Notes: generated by a model from the letters alone, not told the origin. Counted from the stretch's first letter, positions 23,001 to 50,073 are shown. The stretch: 64,000 bases of DNA from Ranitomeya imitator (GCF_032444005.1 NC_091282.1:752494001-752558000); one strand, 5' to 3'. A program made the numbers and translations.

Positions 23001-23075
23001 GCCAACCAATTCCTACCTGTGGACACGTGTTTCGGGCTTTAGGCCCTCATCAGCACAGGGCTGGAATTGGTTGGC
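23001..23075 (-). ncRNA. Minimal type I hammerhead ribozyme (left-arm copy)
   Basis: Reverse complement of the copy at 23641-23715, with an intact CUGAUGA / GAAA / GUC core. Confidence 0.9.
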
Positions 23076-23415
23076 TGTATGGAGTGGGGCTCGGTGAGCA
23101 AGCGATACATACATGCTAGCCACCTTAGGGAGAGACCCAAGTTGGGCTAAATGTAGCGGGACGAAAGAGACCGAAAAGCCCTCTACTTAAAGGAAATACA
23201 TAGTGGATGCTTTCCTGAAACGGAAAGTACTTGCAAGCAGCATAATACAAAGAATAGCAGGTTTACCCAGAATCCTTTGCAGTAGGCGGAGCTATGCAAA
23301 TCATCTCTTTCCACAGGTAGGAATTGGTTGGCTGTGTAAATTTAGAAACTAATCCGCAGCATTGCACGCTTGGCGATTCCAAGCGCTGTGGATTAGACAG
23401 GGGTGGAAAGAGATG

Positions 23416-23593
23416 ATTTGCATAGCTCCGCCTACTGCAAAGGATTCTGGGTAAACCTGCTATTCTTTGTATTATGCTGCTTGCAAGTACTTTCCGTTTC
23501 AGGAAAGCATCCACTATGTATTTCCTTTAAGTAGAGGGCTTTTCGGTCTCTTTCGTCCCGCTACATTTAGCCCAACTTGGGTCTCTCCCTAAG
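23416..23593 (+). promoter_or_regulatory. snRNA-type promoter inside the retrozyme monomer (octamer, GC box, SPH/Staf site, PSE)
   Basis: ATTTGCAT at 23416-23423. SPH-like TTACCCAGAATCCTTTGCA on the minus strand at 23436-23454. CTCTCCCTAAG at 23583-23593 resembles the Xenopus U1/U2 PSE core. Confidence 0.7.
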
Positions 23594-23640
23594 GTGGCTA
23601 GCATGTATGTATCGCTTGCTCACCGAGCCCCACTCCATAC

Positions 23641-23715
23641 AGCCAACCAATTCCAGCCCTGTGCTGATGAGGGCCTAAAGCCCGAAACACGTGTCCACAG
23701 GTAGGAATTGGTTGG
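23641..23715 (+). ncRNA. Minimal type I hammerhead ribozyme (right-arm copy)
   Basis: Stem I CCUGUG/CACAGG extended by CCAACCAAUUCC/GGAAUUGGUUGG. Core CUGAUGA at 23664-23670, stem II GGGC-CUAAA-GCCC, GAAA, palindromic stem III ACACGUGU, cleavage after GUC at 23695. Confidence 0.92.
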
Positions 23716-26700
23716 TTGTGTAAATTTAGAAACTAATCCGCAGCATTGCACGCTTGGCGATTCCAAGCGCTGTGGATTAGACAGGGGTGGAAAGAGATGA
23801 TTTGCATAGCTCCGCCTACTGCAAAGGATTCTGGGTAAACCTGCTATTCTTTGTATTATGCTGCTTGCAAGTACTTTCCGTTTCAGGAAAGCATCCACTA
23901 TAAATAAAAATGAACATTTAACTTTTTTACACAAAAAATTTACTTCAGCTCCAATTTGTTTTATTTTACCAAGGGTAACAGGAGAAATTGGACCCAAAAA
24001 AGTTGTTGTCCAATTTGTCCTGAGTACGCTGATACCCCATATGTGGCAGTAAACCACTGTTTGGGCGCATGGGAGAGCTCGGAAGGGAAGGAGCGCTATT
24101 TGACTTTTCAATGCAAAATTGACAGGAATTGAGATGGGACGCCATGTTGCGTTTGGAGAGCCACTGATGTGCCTAAACATTGAAACCCCCCACAAGTGAC
24201 ACCATTTTGGAAAGTAGACCCCCTAAGGAACTTATCTGGATGTGTGGTGAGCACTTTGACCCACCAAGTGCTTCACAGAAGTTTATAATGCAGAACCGTA
24301 AAAATAAAAAATCATATTTTTTCACAAAAATTATATTTTTGCCCCCAATTTTTTATTTTTCCAAGGGTAAGAGAAGAAATTGGACCTCAAAAGTTGTTGC
24401 CCAATTTGTCCCGAATACGCTGATACCCCATATGTGGCAGTAAACCACTGTTTGGGCGCATGGGAGAGCTCGGAAGGGAAGGAGCGCCGTTTGACTTTTC
24501 AATGCAAAATTGACAGGAATTGAGATGGGACGCCATGTTGCGTTTGGAGAGCCACTGATGTGCCTAAACATTGAAACCCCCCACAAGTGACACCATTTTG
24601 GAAAGTAGACCCCCTAAGGAACTTATCTGGATGTGTGGTGAGCACTTTGACCCACCAAGGGCTTCACAGAAGTTTATAATGCAGAGCCATGCAAATAAAA
24701 AATATTTTTTTTTCCACAAAAATTATATTTTAGCCCCCAGTTTTGTATTTTTCCAAGGTTAGCAGGAGAAATTGGACCCTAAATGTTGTTGTCCAATTTG
24801 TCCTGAGTACGCTGATACCTGATATGTGGGGGGGAACCACCGTTTGGGCGCATGGGAGGGCTCGGAAGGGAAGGAGCATCATTTGGAATGCAGACTTAGA
24901 TGGATTGGTCTGCAGGCGTCACATTGCGTTTGCAGAGCCCCTAATGTACCTAAACAGTAGAAACCCCCCACAAGTGACCCCATATTGGAAACTAGACCCC
25001 TCAATGAACTTATCTAGATGTGTTGTGAGAACTTTGAACCCCCAAGTGTTTCACTACAGTTTATAACGCAGAGCCGTGAAAATAAAAAATCTTTTTGTTT
25101 TCCCACAAAAATTATTTTTTAGCCCCCAGTTTTGTATTTTCCCAAGGGTAACAGGAGAAATTGGTCCACAAAAGTTGTTGTCCAATTTGTCCTGAGTACG
25201 CTGATACCCCATATGTTGGGGTAAACCCCTGTTTGGGCACACAGGAGAGCTCGGAAGGGAAGGAGCACTGTTTTACTTTTTCAACGCAGAATTGGCTGGA
25301 ATTGAGATCGGACGCCATGTCGTGTTTGGAGAGCCCCTGATGTGCCGAAACAGTGGAAACCCCCCAATTATAAATGAAACCCTAATCCAAACACACCCCT
25401 AACCCTAATCCCAACAGTAACCCTAACCACACCTCTAACCCTGACACACCCCTAACCCTAATCCCAACCCTATTCCCAACTGTAAATGTAATCTAAACCC
25501 TAACCCTAACTTTAGCCCCAACCCTAACTGTAGCCCCAACCCTAGCCCTAACCCTAGCCCTAGCCCTAACCCTAGCCCTAATGGGAAAATGGAAATAAAT
25601 ACATATTTTTTTATTTTTCCCTAACTAAGGGGGTGATGAAGGGGGATTTGATTTACTTTTATAGCGAGTTTTTTAGCGGATTTTTATGATTGGCAGCCGT
25701 CACACACTGAAAGACCCTTTTTATTGCAAAAAATATTTTTTGCAATACCACATTTTGAGAGCTATAATTTTTCCATATTTTGGTCCACAGAGTCATGTGA
25801 GGTCTTGTTTTTTGCGGGACGAGTTGACGTTTTTATTGAAAACATTTTTGGGCACGTGACATTTTTTGATCGCTTTTTATTCCGATTTTTGTGAGGAAGA
25901 ATGACCAAAAGCCAGCTATTCATGAATTTCTATTGGGGGAGGCGTTTATACCGTTCTGCGTTTGGTAAAATTGATAAATCAGTTTTATTCTTCGGATCAG
26001 TACTATTACAGCGATACCTCATTTATATCATTTTTTTTCTGGTTTGGCGCTTTTATACGATAAAAACTATTTTACAGAAAAAATAATTATTTTTGCATCG
26101 CTTTATTCTCAGGACTATAACTTTTTTATTTTTTTGCTGATGATGCTGTATGGCGGCTCTTTTTTTGCGGGACAATATGACGCTTTCAGCGGTACCATGG
26201 TTATTTATATCTGTCCTTTTGATCGCGTGTTATTCCACTTTTTGTTCGGCGGTATGATAATAAAGCGTTGTTTTTTGCCTCTTTTTTTTTTTTTTTCTTA
26301 CGGTGTTTACTGAAGGGGTTAACTAGTGGGACAGTTTTATAGGTCGGGTCGTTACGGACGCGGCGATACTAAATATGTGTACTTTTATTGGTTTTTTTTT
26401 TTATTTAGATGAAGAAATGTATTTATGGGAATAATATTTTTTTTTTTTTTCATTATTTTGGAATTTTTTTTTTTTTTTTTTTTTACACATTTGGAAAAAT
26501 TTTTTTTTACTTTTTTACTTTGTCCCAGGGGGGGACATCACAGATCAGTGATCTGACAGTTTGCACAGCACTCTGTCAGATCACTGATCTGACATGCAGC
26601 GCTGCAGCCTTCACAGTGCCTGCTCTGAGCAGGCTCTGTGAAGCCACCTCCCTCCCTGCAGGACCCGGATCCGCGGCCATCTTGGATCCGGGGCTGGAGG

Positions 26701-27456
26701 GAGCAGGGAGGGAGGTGAGACCCTCGCAGCAACGCGATCACATCGCGTTGCTTCGGGGGTCTCAGGGAAGCCCGCAGGGAGCCCCCTCCCTGCGCGGTGC
26801 TTCCCTGCACCGCCGGCACATCGCGATCATCTTTGATCGCGGTGTGCCAGGGGTTAATGTGCCGGGGGCGGTCCGTGACCGCTCCTGGCACATAGTGCCG
26901 GATGTCAGCTGCGATAAGCAGCTGACACCCGGCCGCGATCGGCCGCGCTCCCCCCGTGAGCGCGGCTGATCGGCTATGACGTACTATCCCGTCCAGGGTC
27001 AGATAAGCCCAGGGCACCTCGACGGGATAGTACGTCTAAGGTCACAGAGGGGTTAATATTTCATTTTATTCAAATTTTTAAAACTTTTTAAAAAAAAACT
27101 TTTCACTGTATTTCTTAGTCACCTTACATCAGTAATCCAATACAAGCGAATTCGGCTTCTTAAATTGCAAAAACTTAATTAAATAGACACGAATATAGGT
27201 GAGGCTTTCTGAACCCTTTACTTAGTTCCCTTAGGGACATGAACCCTCGATCGCCTGATCGCTTCTGCTATATACAGCGATACCACAGCATTGCTGTGTT
27301 TGGCAGAAATCGCGATTTCCTATGAATGCCAGTCACGGGTTGTCTAGCTATCATAGGAGTAACATCATCACAGGCACAGGGTGGCCGTCTTGGCAACCCA
27401 TTGGCTGATGGTTCTAAGATTTAATTGCTTTCTCTTTTTTTTTTTTCAGTATGACA

Positions 27457-41908
<14,452 letters not shown>

Positions 41909-43494
41909 CTCAAGGCTTCTTCTCGGCAGATCTATCAGGGGTGAAATTTCTAATTTCAGGTTTCATTTAGAAAATTTTCTAGATTAAAATTTTCATAAAA
42001 ACAATCTATTTTACATTTGTAAATCAGCTTCCTAATAAAACTTCAGCTTTTTTCAAAGACAAGTTGATTTTGGGTCTGTATGTTGCAATTTGTGACATAA
42101 TTGGCGTCTGTTTGTTTTATCATCCCTGAGTCCGATCCTTCAACCAGAAATATGATCAGTAGCCCAAAGCTTACATTTATTAGCCACTTTGAGCATCTCT
42201 TGTGCTCTGTATATTTGGACAGAGACAGATGTTAAAGCCCCAATTTATCCAGTACAACCTAAGAGTCCTGGCAAAACTATGACAGGGGTCAGCCACCTGA
42301 TGGTGCTATATGCCATTCTGGACGGCTGATTGTTGCGGACCCCTGCTATATGGAGCATGAATGATGCATAGCTGTGGTCACTGGTAATTGTGTGCCATGG
42401 GCAATTCATACTACATAACCCTGATGGACCCCCACCTATCAGAGAATTTATTTTTTTTGTTATGTTCAGGTACTTGCAGATGCCCAAAATAAGCAGTTCG
42501 CTCCAACCTGTGACAAAAAGAAACCTAAACACCGATCCCATTCATTACTATGGAAAGAATAGGCAAAAGTTTCAGAGCACCAACGTCACATGGCCCCAAA
42601 CTGATCCTCTACCATGGCTAGAGGAAGTTCACTTTAAAAATAACATCTGTCCATGGCCTATGCACATATCTGAGGTCTAAAGTATACTTACTTTAAAAAA
42701 AATAATAAATCCAGGCCAGAATGGCGATTATAATCCTTAGATGTTTTTCCACGTGAACTGAAAATAAGCATTTTAGGAGTCCAGTTCTAGCTGCGTAGAA
42801 GATATAGATATTCTGATACGGATTTTCCAAGCAAGTACACCAGTCTCATCAGGTCAAAGATTGAGTTAATCACTTATGCAGTTTGTATTGAGTGATCTAG
42901 TAATAGATTTCTTATCAGTAATGTGTATTCACCTTTCTGAACTGCGGGAGGTGTCCAAACACTAGGTGAAATGTTTCACAGCACCTCATAGTTACATGCT
43001 CCATTGGTGGGCACAATAGACGGGGTGCCGTACAGAGCCCTACAGCTTCCTACACTCAACCAGTCTGGATGAGGAGGCATGGTGGTGTCAGACGCTCATG
43101 ATTCATGAATCTGGAGCATCTTTCAAGTGGTGAGCGACGTGACAAAAATCCTCGCTCTAGTCAGGTATTGGAGCGAGATTTCTGGAGTAGGGAACACCAC
43201 AGCTTGTCAATAACTGGCACCTGTAACGCTCCCCCGGCCTGCATATTTTGGCGATGCTGGGAGAAAGTGGCATTAAAACAGCAAAAGCTTTAAAATTTTT
43301 GTACAACTCCTGACTTTACAAAACCTTTACATCACTTTTTGTGTGTAAAAGCTCTGATGAAATTGGGGCGGTGATGCTTAGACCGGCTGCGACTTTGACA
43401 GCCTTATTAGTGAACATTGTCGGATGAGGTGGTATAAGCATGCATGGCATGCAGTAGCGCACAGTGCCATTCGCAGCCTCCAGCACACATCCTA

Positions 43495-43765
43495 CTCACC
43501 TACCGCCGCACCCTCGGTAGCACTGCATCTTGTTCATTCCGGCACCAGCAGCTCTGTCTTCCGGCCGAGCGATCACATGGCCCTGCTCATTAAGGTAATG
43601 AATATGCACTCCACGCTTACGGGAGTGGAGAGGTGTGCATAGGCATTACCTTAATCAGCAGGGCCACGTGATCACTTGGTACAGAAAGAGCTGTTGGTGC
43701 CGGAACGAAGGAAATGCAGTGCCAGCACAGAGGACGCGCCGGTAGGTGAGTAGGATGTGTGTTGG
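43495..43765. repeat. Decayed foldback (MITE interior)
   Basis: Imperfect inverted arms CCTACTCACCTACCG...CATTAAGGTAATG versus CATTACCTTAAT...CGGTAGGTGAGTAGG, centred near 43625. Confidence 0.65.
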
Positions 43766-44679
43766 AAGTCGGCACTGTGCGCTATTACAGCAGCGGCAGA
43801 CTTTAGCTAGAGCCGCAGCTCCTGCCTCTGTGACCCACTGCTCCCCCTCCCCCGCTAGCTTCTGAAACAATTGATTTGTGTATGAACCGAGGGGGGCATT
43901 TTCAGCACAAAAAAGTGTGCTGAAAAACTCTGCTTATACACGAGTATATATGGTAATTGTGAATAAGGGCCGAGTAGTTAATCTCTATAGGTTCTTGTTT
44001 CAGGTTTTTGCACTCTGTGCAAATAAGGTTCTGCGTCGCTTTTACTTGAGCTGGACATTACATTTATATAGCTCCCCGTTTTTGGGTGGCCATTAGTCTC
44101 GATCGTGCAAGGCCCTTATTCACATTTATGGAATTTGATATATAGAAAGGTTTTAATACGAGAAGTTAGGACCGTTCCGAATAGGGTCACTGACGCAGTG
44201 GGATGGCTTATGTTCTTTTAATCAAAATTATGATAACCCAGTCTTATATGTTTTCATGCACTATTGTTTATTTCCTACAAGATATTTTCTCCCTTTGTTT
44301 TTATCTTGGGTTTTCATTTTAGTGGCCAGTGTGAACATGCGCCTACACGTTGCATGGATACCAACTTGTATTCCAGTTAATTTCTTTAGGTTTCTGTGGA
44401 GAGAGGTCTGTGGTCCGTGGATGTGATAATCCGGTCATATTGACTTTGCAAGGATAACCAAAGCCCAGCAGCGCGCAAAGAAAAGAGTCCAGCAATACTA
44501 CTTGATGGGGAATATAAGGTTTTTACTGAGACAGAGGTGCCAGCAACGCAGCCCTTATGAGGCAGACGGGGACGCCGGGGGTAGACGACTGTCCTCCAAG
44601 TTATATACAGCAGCCTTGGCAGCAGCTTTGTAAACAAGTTTTTCACATTCAACTTTTAGGTCAAAATTCAAGAAGCGTC

Positions 44680-47600
44680 TCAATCAATAGTGACCAGTTC
44701 AACCTCAAAGAAGAGTTTGGCGTTAGGAGGGATTCTGGGTAATGGCGTTAAGGAAACTTTGGCTATTTCACAATGTCACTCTCCCCTTTGCCCGTTTTAC
44801 AGCTATAAAACTCAATTTTGTGACCCAAACTAATCCCTTATAAGATCCGGGCTCGTACATGAGAAAACAACCACTATCCGGTCATGCAAATTACCTAGAA
44901 ATGACATACTCAATTTGAACTACACTGGTTCGGCATCCGGTTGGTTCGCAATATGCGGCATCTGGCATGTGTCTATAAGTTACCAGGCCACATAGATGTT
45001 TTGAATCAATGAGTAAAATCACTACAGAACAAACTAAAGTGTATTCAGTAAAACTGCACTACATGCTTAAAAATCAATCCAACTTCTTCACGTACATGTG
45101 AAAAGGTCAATCCAACCCATTAGTAAATATGTAATTGTACCTTTACGAATTTCTGTTACACTTATCTCATATGATCAACTTTTCTGGCAATTCAAGACGT
45201 TATATTCTCTGAAGGAGGTTACGATGCAATTAAATGGACTGTACGGCCGAAGAATTCCACGACGCAGGAATATAAGCTTATGATGATGATGATTGCACAG
45301 CTCCTGTCACACAGTTATATTGTGATGTAGGAGATGACGACCGTTCAGCCTCTCCAATGATACAGAGAGGATAATCAGTAACCTCCTGTAGGCAGGGATT
45401 GACGTGGAACACTGTACTGGTATAACATAGGATTTCTAGAAGATTATAAAAGTAAAATACGCTGCTTGAATTAGAGCAATTTTTATGTACCCTGAGGAAA
45501 AACTCAAAATAGACCTCAAACCTTTTTTTTTTTTTAGTAACTATTCCGTTTTGTTCTACCACTGTGCATCTATGAATTGGTAGCAGCGCCCACTGATTCC
45601 TGCATGTTTACATACTATGGAAACAGGAACACATGGGCTACTTGCACAGTGAACAAGTCTGTATGATCATGTTCACACACCACCAAGAAACCTGAAGACA
45701 CAAAAGAGAATAGTAAAACCAAAAACACTCAGTTTGAAAAAATGTTGCAGTAATCCGCAAGTGCTAGTAAAAGATGTAAAAAACGGTATTTGGTTGATAC
45801 GTTTTTTGCAAAAATTGTATACTAAGCTGCTCTACCAATCTTCACGGTATACCCTTATCAGAGCAGTCCTAACTAATGTATGCAATCCCTATCTGATGTA
45901 TTTAAAAACCTGATCATCTGTATATAACCTGTGTGAACAGGGTTCAGAGAGGAAAAATCCATGTGTGCATACAGGGTAGAACAGCTTGTGTGCAGATAGC
46001 CCAAGAGGAGTGGTGGAACTCCCCAGTCTTGTAGACACAAGAGAACAATTATGGAAACAGGAACACATGGGCTACTTGCACAGTGAACAAGTCTGTATGA
46101 TCATGTTCACACACCACCAAGAAACCTGAAGACACAAAAGAGAATAGTAAAACCAAAAACACTCAGTTTGAAAAAATTGCGGATTACTGCAACATTTTTT
46201 CAAACTGAGTGTTTTTGGTTTTACTATTCTCTTTTGTGTCTTCAGGTTTCTTGGTGGTGTGTGAACATGATCATACAGACTTGTTCACTGTGCAAGTAGC
46301 CCATGTGTTCCTGTTTCCATAATTGTTCTCTTGTGTCTACAAGACTGGGGAGTTCCACCACTCCTCTTGGGCTATCTGCACACAAGCTGTTCTACCCTGT
46401 ATGCACACATGGATTTTTCCTCTCTGAACCCTGTTCACACAGGTTATATACAGATGATCAGGTTTTTAAATACATCAGATAGGGATTGCATACATTAGTT
46501 AGGACTGCTCTGATAAGGGTATACCGTGAAGATTGGTAGAGCAGCTTAGTATACAATTTTTGCAAAAAACGTATCAACCAAATACCCTGTTTTTTACATC
46601 TTTTACTAGCACTTGCGGATTACTGCAACATTTTTTCAAACTGAGTGTTTTTGGTTTTACTATTCTCTTTTGTGTCTTCATGTTTACATACTAGTAGTTT
46701 CTAGGTGACCACTGAACAAGTGGCTCACATTATACCGTTGGTCAAAATACCCCTTATCTTTTCCTTGCCCCATAAACAGTGAAGTACAGAATGAAAGCTT
46801 ACAAAGGGGAAGGTCGTTCATGAAGACACTGAGAATCGGTTCTGGAGAACCTAATCCCTCCCCTAGATAAAAGGATACTTGGCGTCAGGTTGCCCTTTTT
46901 TACCGTAAGCCCATTCGGATTGGATTTCCAGTTTGGCTTTTTCTCCTTTGCTCATAGTGAGCAGCGCCTCGTCCCACTGTAAGAAACGCAGACCAGTTCA
47001 GAAGCTGCTTCATCCTGAATCCTCTCGTGATAAAAGCATGGATATGTCTTGTGTGGTAATACTAACCCCTCTTATAACTTTACCAACACCAACTTTAAAG
47101 CTCAGGGGCTTGGCTGCTTTTTTCTTCTTTGAGCCTAGTAAAACAAATAGAAAGATTGTTTGTTTTTTGGTTTCCCTCTATATATCACTTTCATAAATGG
47201 ATAGGGACTGTAATCACACTTGCAGTTTTAGGCTGCAGTTTTCTGGATACATAAGACAGTAGGATCACGTCCACACAGGTCATATTTCTACAGTGGCAAT
47301 GACCGCTGCATTGCAAAAGGGTAAAACCGATTGCAAAGTCAGTATGAAATAGGAGTGCCTACATTGACAGGACCCTGGCCCAGCCGCCACATTGGTCGCA
47401 AAGCCGCCACCCCTTTAATATTTACAGTTCAGCTCCATCTGCTCCTCCTACAGGGCCAAGCGCCCCACCTCTCCATTCAGCGGCTGGTGTGAACTGGGAT
47501 CTGAACAGGCGAGTTGTACAACTGAACAATACATCTAGGATTTTTTTTCCAACTTCTTGTTCTTAAAAGTTCTCAGACTAGTTTTCTGTTGGATTATCAG

Positions 47601-50073
47601 ATGTCTGCAAAATGACTGTTTGATAGTGATGAGTGAATATACTCGTTACTTGAGATTTCCCGAGCACGCTCTCGTATCCTCTGAGTATTTTTTAGTGCTC
47701 GGAGATTTAGTTTTCATCGCCGCAGCTGAATGATTTACATCTTTTAGCCAGCATAAGTACATGTGGGGGTTGCCTGGTTGCTAGGGAATCCCCACATGTA
47801 ATCAAGCTGCCTAGTAGCTGTAAATCATCCAGCTGCGGCAATAAAAGCTAAATCTCCGAGCACTAAAATACTCGGAGAACACCAGAGCATGCTCCGGAAA
47901 TCTCAAGTAACGAGTATATTCATTCATCGGGATTGTATGAGATTGCAAACTAGTTTTTTTCCCTCCTTTCTAGAAATAGCTCCACTTCTCTCCACTGACC
48001 ATGTCTGGTATTGCAGCTCAGATATTTTTCAAGGGTGTACTGCAATATCAGACAACTATGGAAAAGCAGAGTAAGTTTTCTCAAGTAACTTTACAAAAGA
48101 TGCTTAAAATTAACAGAGCACATCTCTTACTGGTGGGGATATTCGAGTCAAACACGGTGCCGTCCTCTAGCGTACCAGTGTACCAGCAGTGAACCGTGTC
48201 CCCTTTCTTTGGGAAATTGGTTTTATCCCCTTTTTTCAGAATGGACTTAGTGTATTTTGGGGGGCCCTATTGATTAAAGAGAAGATATTGATTATCAAAC
48301 TACCGTAATATATATATTTTCACACCGTATATGCACAGGAATAAAAAAAGACTTTTACATCATCCACGACTTCTTCTGACTTTGCTTCGGTGGCCTTTTC
48401 CTCGTTGACCTTGAGATCTTTCACATCCTTGGTCACTTGCTCCACACTGTCCTTTCCTTTGAATCGCTGAAACAGAAAAAGGAGGAACCAAATTTGCCAT
48501 TTATTAAATTTAAAAAGGAGATTTTTCAGATTCAAAATATTGATGACTTATTCTCAGGATTTGCCATCAATATCAGACTAGTGCGGGGTCCCACTCTCAT
48601 TGCTTAACTGTTTAAAAGGACGGCAGCACCCTATATGCAGGTAAACGTGTTTGCGTGGGTTTCCTTCGGGTTCTCCGGTTTCCTCACACATTGCAAAGGC
48701 ATACCGATAGGGAATTTAGATTGTGAGCCCCATCGGGGACAGTGATGATAATGTGTGCAAACTGTAAAGTGCTGAGGAATATGTTAGCGCTATATAAAAA
48801 TAAAGATTATTAATATTAAACAGATGAGGCTACAGTGTGCGGCGAGGCCCCTTTAACAGCTGATTGAAAGATGTGCAGAGTCGTCCCCTCTACAGTCGGA
48901 TAGTGAGTGGTGGTCACCTTCCGTCACCCCTTTGGATCCAGCACTTTCTGTTTCAGAGGTCGATGCCACTTAGATATCAACCAGTCCACTGAGTCCTGGT
49001 ATTGACCGCAGCATCATGTGATTAGAAGAGATGTGTCCCTTTTATTCCTCCTGTAAATTTATCACTCCCAAATTATTTTATCTGGTATTTGCTATAACAG
49101 ACATGTCAGGAGTGAAAGAAAAACCTATTTTTGCCGCATGTATAAACACAATAATGACTACAACTCCCATTGTTGTACGGACCAGAACTCACCTTAGATT
49201 GAAAGAGTTTTTCATAGGCGGCAATCAGATGCTCCTTCTTGGCGGTTTTTGCCACATTTTTTATGTTTCCAAGTAATTTATGTTCTGCAAGAAACTGGGG
49301 AATGAAAGTTTAATAGATGAGTAATCCGATTTTTATGGTTGGAACTACAACTATCATCCTGATCTGTTCCCAGCCCAAGTGGTCTCTGACCTAGACAGCG
49401 GGGCTCTGCACCCTATTTCAGAAGAATAGACTGGGGACCAGGACAACTGTGGTGGGCATATCACCATGATGGATCGCCATAATCCTGGAGATCAGCAGCG
49501 GCGCCACCCCCCTCACACAGAAAGGCAGAAGACTGAACAAAAGACTTATCGCTTTACTTTGTGTTTAGGAATTCGCTTTAAGTCCCTAAGTGACGCTCAC
49601 TATGAGGCAGATTCTTATTTGTGCAAAAACATTAAGAAAAGGGACCCCTGCCTGTACTGTTAGACTTCCCCTTTAATTCCAGCTATTTATATGTGCTATT
49701 GTCCATAGGGGGCGGTATAGCACATTACTAATGACAACCACTGGCCTGAGCCCGGAATGGTGGTCAGCTCCCTTCCCCCACTCTTCACCTTACCCATTAG
49801 GTGGCAATATTGAGGACAAGCCAATAACTCCATGGTGGAAGGGATGTTTTACTAAACTATATATTTGTTATGTTTAAACGGCGAATGCAACCAGCTTTGA
49901 AGCTTCTGCTGGGAGTTGTAGTCCCACAAGCCTTTCCAGCTGCCCCCTTTTTCCCTGTGTACCGCATCGGACGCATGCTGCTGCAGAAAGGCGATGACAT
50001 CCTTCTTGGGCAGCTCCTCACTGTGCAGCTTCTCGCTGCTCCACTCTCTCACTGGCTCCCCTGCAGCTGCCAT
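44680..50073 (-). CDS. FKBP3: FKBP3 (FKBP25) peptidyl-prolyl isomerase, 225 aa, 7 exons
   Basis: Exons 50073-49963, 49294-49193, 48466-48359, 48266-48131, 47134-47067, 46976-46879 and 44734-44680, all GT-AG and in frame. Translation includes [48 protein letters not shown] and [23 protein letters not shown] on the minus strand at 44272-44267. Confidence 0.97.
45618..46680. mobile_element. Tandem-plus-inverted non-coding retroelement-like insertion (~434-nt monomer) in FKBP3 intron 6
   Basis: Direct-repeat period 434 (45616 vs 46050), inversion at about 46178, and (CA)TGTTTACATACTA duplicated at 45603-45617 and 46679-46693. Confidence 0.8.
47625..47928. mobile_element. MITE in FKBP3 intron 4
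   Basis: Inverted ends GATGAGTGAATATACTCGTTACTTGAGATTTCC / GGAAATCTCAAGTAACGAGTATATTCATTCATC. Confidence 0.8.
48645..48815 (+). mobile_element. SINE 3' portion with an L2/CR1-like tail
   Basis: GTGGGTTTCC..CGGGTTCTCCGGTTTCCTC followed by CTGTAAAGTGCTGAGGAATATGTTAGCGCTATATAAAAATAAAGATTATTAATATTA. Confidence 0.65.

Larger units (their letters stand above)
22721..23900. mobile_element. Hammerhead-ribozyme retrozyme (satellite-2-like), 384-nt monomer, two divergent arms
   Basis: Direct-repeat period 384 (22721 vs 23105), inversion at about 23312, and TAAATAAAAATGA duplicated at 22709-22721 and 23901-23913. Confidence 0.88.
22125..27052 (+). mobile_element. ~4.9-kb non-autonomous piggyBac-like element (TTAA TSD) with internal ~390-bp repeats and a telomere-like tract
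   Basis: TTAA|CCCCTT at 22121-22130 and GAGGGG|TTAA at 27047-27056. Internal tandem units at 23960-25370, CCCTAA-like tract at 25380-25580, no transposase ORF. Confidence 0.8.

Noticed and set aside
22819-24195. Repeated ORF MDAFLKRKVLASS...
   Set aside because: It lies antisense to the retrozyme monomer, has no recognisable domain, and is repeated only because the monomer is.
46505-46550. Hammerhead-like CTGATAA-GGGTATACC...GAAG inside a CTGCTCT/AGAGCAG stem
   Set aside because: G8 and the GAAA motif are both non-canonical and stem III cannot form convincingly.
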